NCBI GenBank assembly: GCA_964589775.1 | Contig: CAZPUN010000004.1 | Span: 1 to 32,000, forward strand | Source of the DNA: an uncultured archaeon | GTDB taxonomy: Archaea; Asgardarchaeota; Thorarchaeia; Thorarchaeales; CAZPUN01 | DNA: 32,000 bases | Direction: 5' to 3' | Shown here: positions 7,468 through 16,894 of the stretch, one piece after another | Layout of the letters: each line of letters begins with the position of its first letter | Numbering within the stretch: the stretch's first letter is position 1 | Translations under genes and position numbers: made by a program | Notes under the pieces: model-generated | Database searches by the model: none | Seen by the model: the letters and a program-made list of their open reading frames with translations, nothing else | Told to the model about the DNA's origin: nothing

Positions 7468-9726
7468 TTGGTATCTAAAAAAATAATTGAAGAAACATTT
7501 GGTGTTCATTATGAAAAATTATTAAAGAAACTGGAGACTTACGCACTCTTGAATAATGAATTAAAAGGTAAGTTTGATCTTTCCCCTTTACTATCTTGTA
7601 TCGATGGTGTGTGTACTGATGTTGCATTTCTTCAAAATAAAATCCGTTTACCATATTGGGTAAATAAAATTTTGAAATCTGACATTTCACAGTTACAAAT
7701 TTCAAATTTTAGTTTCATAAATCAATCATATAGACGTTGGTCATTTATAGGCGCTCCATTTTCAAATGCTATATTCTACATCGATCCAAGTGGAATGATA
7801 ACGTTACCTGATGCATTTTCGATAGAATCTTGGATTTCTAATGAAAATGATATATATCGACCACAAGAAGTTCTTGATAAAAAATTTAAGATATTTCGTC
7901 CGGAAGAATTTTCGCAATCTATTGAATATCACTTTTTATTTAATGAGGTTCTAGTTAAGCAAGTTTCATTTGTAGTATCTACCGGAAAGTCATACTCGTT
8001 GATTTTAAAATCTCATCTAAGTAATCGCTCTTTTGAAAATAAGTCATTTAATTTTATTATGTCTATTCGACCATATACTGTTGAGCGATTTGTTCCTATT
8101 TTCAAAATGAATTATGTACCAGAAAAATCATATTTATCTGTTAATGATGAGTACGGTGTTTACTTCGTGCCCAATCCAAATATTGTTTGTTTAAGCAGGG
8201 ATGATTCTGTTGTCAAAAGGAATTTATCTATAAGTTCAGATTCCGGTTTGGCAGTAGGAAAATTCATATATAATATTAATCTTCCTTCAATGCAGACTTT
8301 TGATATTAATTTAATAATTCCTTTATCTCGTAAAGCATCAATTGATTTAAATGCAATAAGCATGTATGAGGATTCATATGTTCAACAATGGTATGAACTG
8401 CTGAAAAATATAACTTATATTGAAATGCCTTATGGTGAAATGCAAGAATTTTATTATAACAGCCTTGCAAGTCTAATCTCTATATTGAATATCGATGATA
8501 TATTTTCATTTAAAGCATTTACAAATCCATCTGTACTATTCGATGTGTTACGCGCGTTAATTTTGTATTATAATGGGCCCGAAATAACAACATCTATCAT
8601 TAATTTACTTTCTTTATCAAGTAAAGAAAAAATCCCTAAGATGTTCATGCCTTATATCTTATGGCTTGCTATAGAATCAATTAATCTTGGAATAAGTAAA
8701 GACTTCTTTGATAAGATATTAAAAGCAATTAATTCTTTAATACCCAAACTTGTTAAATTTACAGAATCCATTTTAACTACTGATGCCATATCTTCGCTAC
8801 CCCTCAAAAAAATGTATATGCTGAACCATACGACGCCTGATTTTGAAGGTGGATTCCTATTAGCTGCAGTACTTTATAATCTTCATCTTTTGCAGAATGA
8901 ATATGGCAAAGACAATTTCGATCTAAAATCACTATCGACAAGAATTTATGACCACATTAAGAAATCACTTCATAAAATTATAGATGATTCGTTAAATGGT
9001 TCCCTTGATAAGGCTCAATATATTAACGAATTTGTAGGATTTTCAACATTGATTCGTGCGGTTATTCCCATACATTTGTTTGATCCATATGAACCAGAAA
9101 TCCGTGACTTTATCGAATATGCATGGAATAATGCATTTAATGAAAACTTATTCTTAAGAAAATTACCTCCTGCAGGTTATGATATTCCAACAACTATAGA
9201 TTTTATGCATTACTTTTTATATTCTCGTGAGACTTTAAAAAGTCTAAAAATCATGAATGGCATTAAATCTATCTATGCATCACCTTTTGGGTATCCTGAA
9301 TTAATTCATCCAATTTCAAAATTAGGTAGATTTGGTGAGGGTTATAGTATTTTAGCCCTATCTAAGATGCTTCAATCCACTCGCGATCTGCTTTTATTTG
9401 AAGATGGGGATTCATTAGTCTTTTTGAGTGGTGCTGCTCAGGATCTAATCAAATCTCCTCGTATTACAAAAATTCGAATGTTCAAAACATATTTTGGTAT
9501 GAGTGAAATCGAGCTTGGTGCATCGAAAAATCAGTATCATATAGATCTATCTGTGGAACGAATGCCCCATAATATTGAAGTTTCATTGCCAAAGGATATG
9601 CCCTCCACAAGATTGAAAGTATATGGTGCTACAATAACAAATGTTTATCCTTTCGAAAGGGGTGAAATAATTGAACTTGAAACGCAACAAAATAATATTT
9701 CTCTAATTGCAAAGCGAAGATACTAA
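7468..9726 (+). CDS. Six-hairpin glycosidase-like protein (beta-sandwich + helical barrel + C-terminal beta domain), probably degenerate
   Basis: N-terminal RRWSFIG...IDPSGMIT...SIESWI, helical middle, and C-terminal YPELIHP...GRFGEG...RDLLLFEDGDSLVFLSG resemble uncharacterised (alpha/alpha)6 glycosidase-like families. Fold call is by eye. Confidence 0.5.
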   Translation: MVSKKIIEETFGVHYEKLLKKLETYALLNNELKGKFDLSPLLSCIDGVCTDVAFLQNKIRLPYWVNKILKSDISQLQISNFSFINQSYRRWSFIGAPFSNAIFYIDPSGMITLPDAFSIESWISNENDIYRPQEVLDKKFKIFRPEEFSQSIEYHFLFNEVLVKQVSFVVSTGKSYSLILKSHLSNRSFENKSFNFIMSIRPYTVERFVPIFKMNYVPEKSYLSVNDEYGVYFVPNPNIVCLSRDDSVVKRNLSISSDSGLAVGKFIYNINLPSMQTFDINLIIPLSRKASIDLNAISMYEDSYVQQWYELLKNITYIEMPYGEMQEFYYNSLASLISILNIDDIFSFKAFTNPSVLFDVLRALILYYNGPEITTSIINLLSLSSKEKIPKMFMPYILWLAIESINLGISKDFFDKILKAINSLIPKLVKFTESILTTDAISSLPLKKMYMLNHTTPDFEGGFLLAAVLYNLHLLQNEYGKDNFDLKSLSTRIYDHIKKSLHKIIDDSLNGSLDKAQYINEFVGFSTLIRAVIPIHLFDPYEPEIRDFIEYAWNNAFNENLFLRKLPPAGYDIPTTIDFMHYFLYSRETLKSLKIMNGIKSIYASPFGYPELIHPISKLGRFGEGYSILALSKMLQSTRDLLLFEDGDSLVFLSGAAQDLIKSPRITKIRMFKTYFGMSEIELGASKNQYHIDLSVERMPHNIEVSLPKDMPSTRLKVYGATITNVYPFERGEIIELETQQNNISLIAKRRY

Positions 9727-10111
9727 CGAAGCATCTCTTTTTATTGTTTTAAAACTAAAATAGAAAATTTTATCTTTCGCAATTCCTTAATCTATTATTT
9801 TATGCGCAAATATTAATATTTTAATTATTTTTTCTTTTTTAGTCCTTTATGATTTTACTAATGCGTTTATAATTCAGTAAAATATGAAAAATTCTTTAAA
9901 CTATTTCTAATAATCGGCAAAAGATTTCTAATTTCTTATTTTTGAGGATTGAATTAATATTTTATATTTTTATCATTTTTTAATGATATTTTTATGAGAT
10001 TTGCAATTTTTCGATATATTTATTATAATTTATTTATAAATGGCTTTCTTTAATAAAAATATTTAAATAGGTTTATTATACAGTATTATATAAATAAATG
10101 GGGGTTGGTTA

Positions 10112-11878
10112 ATGAATTACAGAAAAACAAAATTTATCAAAATATTTTTTATTTTGTTTATGTTTAGTATTACTTTGCTTACATTTCCAACTAATTTTCT
10201 AAATTCTAACCTTAAACCCCCTTCAAATTATAATAATTTTGCGCAAATATATAATTCAAAAATTCATTACGATGATAATATACTAAATTATAAATCTATT
10301 AATACAAATAAAGATATCTTAAAATCTGTCTATAAAAATTATACGGATACGAATATAAAAAATGTAAAACAAGGAATGCAAATAAAACTTGACATTCCAT
10401 ATCCTGGTGAAGGTAAAAAAGATCTTGCTGCGACTCCTAATGGCGTATTTACGACAGACATGCGTAATTATGGTTACTGGAAAGAATCACCTACAGGTGT
10501 TCCCCAATCTCTTGCCCCAACTGGTGGTGCTTGGTTCTTAGCAGGTTTATTATTTCCAAAGGCAACTAATTCTGAATTATCATTCTTAATAACATCTTAT
10601 GCAAGGGGTATTGCACACATTATCCTAAAAATTGTTGTGAGTCGTGTGAAGTATCAAAATGGGCAATATGTAGATCCATATACCCGGTATTTTTATGTTT
10701 TGTTAGATGGCAGTCAAATTTATTTTTGCTATTATTCTCAAAATTCTCCTGTATTATCCCTCGAACTTCCTGTTTCAATTGGGTATGGCGAACATAAAGT
10801 TACATTAAGAATTTATAATGGGAATTATAGGAATAATGCATATACAGTAAAAGCATTCAGTATTTCAAATTCTGATAATTCAAACGTGAAATTTTCGGGA
10901 ATCATATTTCCAAAAGCATCACAATCAAAATTGTCATGGTTTGCTTTAGCTGGAAAAGATACTTTTATTGATTTTAGTATTCGTTCAGTATATGATATGT
11001 TTGGTAGAAACATCCGACTTTATATTGATAATATTCTCAAAAAGAGTAGTTATCTTAATCACGATATTCCTAATAGATTTGAATGGCATTTGGGAGACCT
11101 TATGGATCCCACTAATAGTTCAAAAGAAAGATTAGTAAAAGTAACGTTAGAAATCTATTTTGGTGGATATTCATCTATTGGTTGGGTATTATATTCAGAG
11201 TTATTTACGCATCTCTCGAAATACTTTGAAGTTGACTATTCTATAGGATTACTTGACCATGGTGCTCTTCAACAAAATCTTAATAGGCTTCTATATCTTG
11301 ATCTTCCTTACATACAACTATACTATATGACTCATAGCTTTTCCAGAGTTGTATTTGTAATTGATGATGTATTACCATATTCAACGAATCATGATTCAAA
11401 ATCTGTATGGCTTTACCTAACATATGGCATGTATAAAAATCTACGTAGTCTTTATTTTGATCATAAAAATGATATGTATTGGGACTATCTACTTATTGCA
11501 CACTGGTTCGAATCTAGAGATAGCGGATTACTCGGTATGTATATAACAAAGGAACATACTCCAGTATATCATAGAGACCCTTATAATCCTCAAATTTATC
11601 GAGATTATGGTAGCATGGGTGTAATTATATTTATGAATGCTATTCTGCATTACTTCCCCTCCAGTCCTTATGCAGCTAGATCTATTGCTATGCACGAAGT
11701 CGGGCATGCACATGGTGTACTCTATATTAAGAAAAGTAATGATGGTCGTTTTTATGAAAAATACTCTAGTTATGCATACGATGTTATGGCAATGGCTTCT
11801 CATTATAATACATTTTATGAAATGCCATTTTATAGTGAATTTTATTGGAATTTACGATTATTATTTATTTATACATAA
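10112..11878 (+). CDS. Secreted/anchored zincin metalloprotease-like protein with two tandem beta domains
   Basis: N-terminal basic + hydrophobic signal (MNYRKTKFIKIFFILFMFSITLLTF); C-terminal AMHEVGHAHG and Met-turn-like YDVMA. Confidence 0.75.
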   Translation: MNYRKTKFIKIFFILFMFSITLLTFPTNFLNSNLKPPSNYNNFAQIYNSKIHYDDNILNYKSINTNKDILKSVYKNYTDTNIKNVKQGMQIKLDIPYPGEGKKDLAATPNGVFTTDMRNYGYWKESPTGVPQSLAPTGGAWFLAGLLFPKATNSELSFLITSYARGIAHIILKIVVSRVKYQNGQYVDPYTRYFYVLLDGSQIYFCYYSQNSPVLSLELPVSIGYGEHKVTLRIYNGNYRNNAYTVKAFSISNSDNSNVKFSGIIFPKASQSKLSWFALAGKDTFIDFSIRSVYDMFGRNIRLYIDNILKKSSYLNHDIPNRFEWHLGDLMDPTNSSKERLVKVTLEIYFGGYSSIGWVLYSELFTHLSKYFEVDYSIGLLDHGALQQNLNRLLYLDLPYIQLYYMTHSFSRVVFVIDDVLPYSTNHDSKSVWLYLTYGMYKNLRSLYFDHKNDMYWDYLLIAHWFESRDSGLLGMYITKEHTPVYHRDPYNPQIYRDYGSMGVIIFMNAILHYFPSSPYAARSIAMHEVGHAHGVLYIKKSNDGRFYEKYSSYAYDVMAMASHYNTFYEMPFYSEFYWNLRLLFIYT

Positions 11879-11902
11879 TATAAAACATAAGGGGGTGATA
11901 AA

Positions 11903-12739
11903 ATGCATATCTTAAATATGAAAAAAATAAAATTAACATTGTTCGTGTTATCAATAATAATAAGTGGGTTTGGAATTTATGCATATGGAACGGCTAATAC
12001 AACTGACAAAATTATTATTTATGGGCGAGGCTTATTCTTTTACAATGGTGAAAAATACACTTCTGTACCTGTAAATATCTCCACTTCTACCACTACATAC
12101 AATTTATGGTCTCCTGAAATCGATAATATGTCTTATTGTATTCTATCGCCATATTTCTACCTTGAATTAACAACTAACACGACTATCTCTATATCCGTAA
12201 AATATAATGGTATCATATATAGTGAAACATACAACTTTGAAAGTATAGGTAAATATGATGGACTATTTTTCTTATCGATTGATCATGGAAAATTGGAAAT
12301 CAATGTAGAACTCTATTCAAATACAGGTTATATCTCAAGTATGGTGGAAAAAGTATCCAATAATATGCTAACATACAATCTCCCAATTTATGGCATTACT
12401 ATCTCTTTTGAAAATGTTACTGACTATACAATTTATAATATATCTGCAACATTAGCGAGACCAATTAAACAAAATCGTAGTTCATATATATATTTGCCAT
12501 ACTTTGTTACAAGTGATAACTTTACAAATATAGGATACAAATATTTTCCTTATGCTACAATGTATGTTCTATGTAATAATCAAACATATTTCTATAATTT
12601 TACTGTATCTAATGGGATAGAAACAAAATCAGTACTTGTTTACGAAGGAATTTCAATAGGTATGGAAATTACAATTATTCAGCAAAATACAACATTTCAT
12701 TTAAAAACCTATACATTTCATGTAGATCGCGCTCAGTAG
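11903..12739 (+). CDS. Secreted/membrane-anchored beta-rich hypothetical protein
   Basis: KKIKLTLFVLSIIISGFGIYAYG signal/anchor; many N-x-S/T sequons; GGGGGTGA RBS; starts 24 bp after the zincin gene. Confidence 0.8.
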   Translation: MHILNMKKIKLTLFVLSIIISGFGIYAYGTANTTDKIIIYGRGLFFYNGEKYTSVPVNISTSTTTYNLWSPEIDNMSYCILSPYFYLELTTNTTISISVKYNGIIYSETYNFESIGKYDGLFFLSIDHGKLEINVELYSNTGYISSMVEKVSNNMLTYNLPIYGITISFENVTDYTIYNISATLARPIKQNRSSYIYLPYFVTSDNFTNIGYKYFPYATMYVLCNNQTYFYNFTVSNGIETKSVLVYEGISIGMEITIIQQNTTFHLKTYTFHVDRAQ

Positions 12740-13285
12740 TTCTTAGAACTTCATACTCTTTTTTCATAAACTTTCTTTTAGTAATTTTGTACATATGGTT
12801 TCCTATTAAAATGCGATGGGTTTGCCTATAGGTTATCTTAGGATAGCCATTTTTGCATCTACTTGTTGTGCCCCAGCGGGAGAGTAACACGCTCGGATTA
12901 TATACTAAAATCATTAATGAACTTTTATGTGACATATCACCGCTTTAAAAAGCGATACTTTCTCGTAGATTATCTGTAAAAAGCACGCGAAGTGTAGCCA
13001 AATGATTGAATGTAGGGAATCATCTTTTAGAAAATGTGTTGTGAAATGTTCAAAAAATTAACGTTTATGTTTCTCACATAAATTCTGTTTTCTATTTTTG
13101 ATGATATATTTGGTCTGTTGTAGAATCAGATAACTATCAAAGGTAGATTTGTATCTTAAACTACGTTAATTCACAAAACGTTTATATCATTAATATGTTA
13201 ATGGAGCCCGAAACTATATGCTATAAATGGTTTAAAACAATAGATTTTTTATGGTATTCGTTAATATTACATTTGAATATATCGA

Positions 13286-13309
13286 TGATATCTGCACGTG
13301 TAGATATCA
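13286..13309. promoter_or_regulatory. 24-bp near-perfect palindrome, putative ArsR operator
   Basis: TGATATCT-g-CACGTG-t-AGATATCA (one G/T mismatch), 3 bp upstream of the GGAGG RBS of the ArsR gene. AAAACG-TTTATAT promoter-like motif at ~13175-13187. Confidence 0.65.
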
Positions 13310-13324
13310 CTTGGAGGATTTCAA

Positions 13325-13969
13325 TTGAGTGAAAAACATATGGACGATAATCAACCAATCGATATTGAATCCTATCTAAAAGGTCTTTCTACTGAGACAC
13401 GTTTAGATATTTATATGTATTTAGCTTTTTATGGTGAAATGACTACGACACAATTAGCTAAGGCACTCGGTAAATCACACCAGACGATTTCGCATCATCT
13501 TGCTATTATGGAAGAAGCAAAAATAGTTGAGCAAACACGTGTAGAAGTTTGTAAGAATTATGTTGAGAAATATTATAGCTTAAGGTCTGACAGCTTGAAA
13601 GGATTCAATAAGTTGGTGAATGAATCTCCATCTTTTGAATACATTAAAAAAGAATATCCTGTCCTTGCACAAGAGATGATGTTAGGTATTTTGGGATTTA
13701 TTCGTGCAATAGCATTAAAGGCAAGTCGATTAATTAAAAATATTGAAAAGACAAACACTTGTACATTTGATGCCCGTATTAGGCTTGTCAGCGAAAAAGA
13801 AGCAAAGAAAATACTTTCCGGTAATAATTTCAAAGAGTCATGTCGAGAACTTATTAATGATACTGAAAGTTCAGATATTCCAGAAGTTGCGTTAATTTTT
13901 GCGGCATTTCCACTCAAAAAGATATTAGAGCCTGTAGATACACATGTTGAATGTGAAGTTGATAAATAA
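13325..13969 (+). CDS. ArsR/SmtB-family winged-helix transcription regulator with C-terminal extension
   Basis: LKGLSTETRLDIYMYL...TTTQLAKALGKSHQTISHHLAIMEEAKIV...EKYYSL. Confidence 0.88.
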   Translation: MSEKHMDDNQPIDIESYLKGLSTETRLDIYMYLAFYGEMTTTQLAKALGKSHQTISHHLAIMEEAKIVEQTRVEVCKNYVEKYYSLRSDSLKGFNKLVNESPSFEYIKKEYPVLAQEMMLGILGFIRAIALKASRLIKNIEKTNTCTFDARIRLVSEKEAKKILSGNNFKESCRELINDTESSDIPEVALIFAAFPLKKILEPVDTHVECEVDK

Positions 13970-13974
13970 AAAGA

Positions 13975-13989
13975 TGCCATAAAGGCATT
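13975..13989. terminator. Small hairpin between convergent genes
   Basis: ATGCC-ATAAA-GGCAT in the 20-bp gap between the ArsR and mannosidase stop codons. Confidence 0.35.
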
Positions 13990-16881
13990 TCACATTTTAA
14001 TTTTGAATGTCTTTATTTCTTTAGGTTTAATTGTTATGCTAAATTGATCTGTATCTGCTGAGATGATATTTTCTGATTTTTCTTCTAGTGTTGTTTCAAT
14101 GATTTTATTGACCTTGTCCCATAATTTCACTTCTGTGTCAACTTTTTTATTTAGTGGGTTCCATAGTCGTAGTATCACATCATTGGAGTCCTCAGATTTC
14201 TTAAATGCACTGAGTAATATATCCTCTGATGAGATTTTTACAAAGCTTTTCTCATGTATTTCTGTTCCTGAATAATTGTAATATACTTGCGATAAAATTC
14301 TTGTATAAAATTGATTTGCATATTTTGCTACTTTTGCCTTATCCCATTTTTCTCTATGTAAATAGATCGCATAGTTAAACTTCATAGATCTCATGCATTG
14401 GGCTTCTGGAGTATCGATTATAGGTCCTGCAGGTAAAGTTCTTGTTTTCATAGCCAATCCCGAAAGTCTTCCTATACTTCTAAATAATGTTAATGCTAGC
14501 GTTGAGTTTTCATCTTGTAGTAATTGGTATTCTGGTATTCCAAAAGCAAATAGTGTGAGTCCATGATTTGCATTACTTACATCTACAAACTTGCGAAATG
14601 GATGTGTTCCTATTAACTTTTGAACCCAGTCGTCTTGCTTTGGCAGTTCGGTACTACGTGTTATGACATCAAATAAGCTATCTGAAATACTCTTCTTTGA
14701 ATTTGTATAAGTTGGAAATAGAACTCTTAATCGATGATCTTTTATTCTATTTTCTATTACTGTTTCAAATTCTACTATTTTTGAGTTCTTTTTGAGTATT
14801 ATTGTTGTATTTATTGTGAGTGTTTCCATTTCTTTTGACCTTTGAGACATATCATATGTAAGAGATTTCGGAAGTAACCAATCAATTCGAAGTTTTGCAA
14901 ATTGTACAAGTGGTCCTTTTTCTATTTTTTCGATTACGATTTTTGGTGGGTTATCGATTGTTGTATATTTCGTACTATGGATCGCTGGAGAATAGTCATA
15001 TTCATCGCCCGCATCTTCGATATCTTCAAAAATGTGTAAATTCTTATATGTAATGTTAGTTTCTTTATCATAGATTGTTATTGTTCCATTTTTATTATTT
15101 ATTTCAATCTTCAATAGATTATTCTCTAATATTGCATTTGTTGAATCTCTTTGATGTTCGTTTTCATATTTTGGATAAATATCAAAACATCTATAGCCGA
15201 GAGCTGGTATCTTATCAACTTCAATAGCCATATGAACTAAGAAATCCTTTTCAGATATAATATTACTATCATTATTTATTATAGGTTCAAATTTGATAAT
15301 TTGAGTTTTAAGTTCGGTTCCTTTATTGTTTTTCACAACAAAATTCTTTGGTATTATGTCATCTGCGAAATGTTTTCTTGCAAATACATTTTCAATTTCT
15401 AAATCATTGTTCACTTGAACATTAAATATCGAAATTGTTTTGCTTACTCTTTTTTCAGGAATTCCCATGAATCTTAATGCATTTGTAAAGTCAAATGTAA
15501 ATGTTGTATGCGACTCACTACTGATTTCGTTTTCAGGAGAAGGATCCCAGCCGTAAGCCTTCATTAATGCCAAGTGGATTTCATTTTTTGAAGATTCTAG
15601 TTTATCTTTTGGATTTACATTTGTAATTGCGTATCTTGGAGATTGTTTAACCAATGCAACATCCGACAGTTTAAATGATACCATAACTACTCCTGAAATC
15701 TCCCATGGATTTGGATTAAAAATGAACAGTTTTCTTCCAGATGGTAATCGCGTTTGAATATTCTCCATAATATTATCCAAAACAATTTGTCCAATTTCTT
15801 GAATCCATCTATATCGTTGTTCATTATCCTGATGAACCTCATCAATACTACAACCACAAATACTATCGTGAGGCTGATTTTGAAGTAGGTATTTCCACAT
15901 AGTATCTATTTGTCCATCGTCATAGTGTCCTGTCATTATTAACGATATTGTAGATAATGGCTCAATGTATTTTTCAATCAAACGTTGGGCTTCTTCATTC
16001 ATTCTTTTTAAGTATGCTCTACTAGAAAGAACTCCTGTCAATAAATAATGGTATTTTGCTCCACGAAATTCTCCGCGATATGTGCGTAAATCCTTATTTT
16101 CATTAAGAACTGCTTTTACGTAGTCCTCTAATCTTGCATGCATAAACTCCCAATCCGAATATTGTTTGTTTAAATAATCAATAACTTCTGGTATATGTGG
16201 TTGGGGTTCTAAATGATCAGATCCATTCATTAATAGAAAATTATTTGTTTTCACATATGGGTTAAGGCGTTCTAAAACATCTACTATTCGATCTGCTGCG
16301 TCTTCTATATCTTCTGGAAGACCTGCGATATTGCCATATCCTTCCTTCAGCCAAATTGCCAGGACTCTACTTCCATCTGGGGCTTCCCACCAAAATTCAG
16401 TACCTAATTCTTCCCCTTGATTGCCCATACCTCTCATAAAAATGAATGAATTAATATTAAATCCTCTTAATATTTGTGGCATCTGCGATATATGTCCAAA
16501 TGGGTCTGGTACGTATCCTACTTTCATTATATTTCCGAATTCTTTTGCAATTCTATGGCCTCGAAGTAAATTACGAATTAAGCTCTCTCCCGAAATTAAA
16601 AATTCATCTGGTAATATATACCACGGTCCTATGTCTATCCGCTCGTTTTCTATATATTTTTTCAAATGGGTTTTTTCATATGGTTTTACTTCTAAGTAAT
16701 CTTCTAAAACGATCGTTTGTCCATCAAAAGTCCAGTGCTTAAATTTTTCATTTTTATCTAAAATATTTAGCAGCTTATCTGTTAGTTTAAGTAATTTAGC
16801 CCTAAACTGTTCAAATGTAAGATACCATTCTCTATCCCAATGGGTTTCTGAGATTATATATGCTTTTTTCTTATCATTCAT
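13990..16881 (-). CDS. GH38 alpha-mannosidase (MngB/mannosylglycerate hydrolase-like)
   Basis: THWDREWY (Zn ligands), DGQT, GPWYILPDEFLISGESLIRNL, PDPFGH (nucleophile), NGSDH, PHDSICGCSIDEVH, TPEAQC. Confidence 0.95.
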   Translation of the reverse strand: MNDKKKAYIISETHWDREWYLTFEQFRAKLLKLTDKLLNILDKNEKFKHWTFDGQTIVLEDYLEVKPYEKTHLKKYIENERIDIGPWYILPDEFLISGESLIRNLLRGHRIAKEFGNIMKVGYVPDPFGHISQMPQILRGFNINSFIFMRGMGNQGEELGTEFWWEAPDGSRVLAIWLKEGYGNIAGLPEDIEDAADRIVDVLERLNPYVKTNNFLLMNGSDHLEPQPHIPEVIDYLNKQYSDWEFMHARLEDYVKAVLNENKDLRTYRGEFRGAKYHYLLTGVLSSRAYLKRMNEEAQRLIEKYIEPLSTISLIMTGHYDDGQIDTMWKYLLQNQPHDSICGCSIDEVHQDNEQRYRWIQEIGQIVLDNIMENIQTRLPSGRKLFIFNPNPWEISGVVMVSFKLSDVALVKQSPRYAITNVNPKDKLESSKNEIHLALMKAYGWDPSPENEISSESHTTFTFDFTNALRFMGIPEKRVSKTISIFNVQVNNDLEIENVFARKHFADDIIPKNFVVKNNKGTELKTQIIKFEPIINNDSNIISEKDFLVHMAIEVDKIPALGYRCFDIYPKYENEHQRDSTNAILENNLLKIEINNKNGTITIYDKETNITYKNLHIFEDIEDAGDEYDYSPAIHSTKYTTIDNPPKIVIEKIEKGPLVQFAKLRIDWLLPKSLTYDMSQRSKEMETLTINTTIILKKNSKIVEFETVIENRIKDHRLRVLFPTYTNSKKSISDSLFDVITRSTELPKQDDWVQKLIGTHPFRKFVDVSNANHGLTLFAFGIPEYQLLQDENSTLALTLFRSIGRLSGLAMKTRTLPAGPIIDTPEAQCMRSMKFNYAIYLHREKWDKAKVAKYANQFYTRILSQVYYNYSGTEIHEKSFVKISSEDILLSAFKKSEDSNDVILRLWNPLNKKVDTEVKLWDKVNKIIETTLEEKSENIISADTDQFSITIKPKEIKTFKIKM

Positions 16882-16894
16882 TTATTTCACCTAT

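Noticed and set aside
12811-12863. Resemblance to a fluoride (crcB) riboswitch (GCGATGG...GCC ... CTAC)
   Set aside because: It lacks the conserved CTRATG and the pseudoknot complement, and no crcB/CLC gene is downstream.
12868-12881. tRNA-3'-end-like fragment (TCCCGCTGGGGCAC on -) as a possible att site
   Set aside because: No T-loop consensus, no second copy and no integrase in the window; only 14 nt.
12675-12935. 86-aa minus-strand ORF with GGTGAT immediately before ATG
   Set aside because: The RBS is too close to the start, the ORF overlaps the 3' end of the 278-aa gene, and it has no recognisable motif; it cannot be supported.
16845-16856. GH38 motif reads SETHWD rather than SHTHWD, suggesting inactivation
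   Set aside because: The zinc ligands are the HxD of HWD, which is intact, as are the nucleophile and the HD motif.
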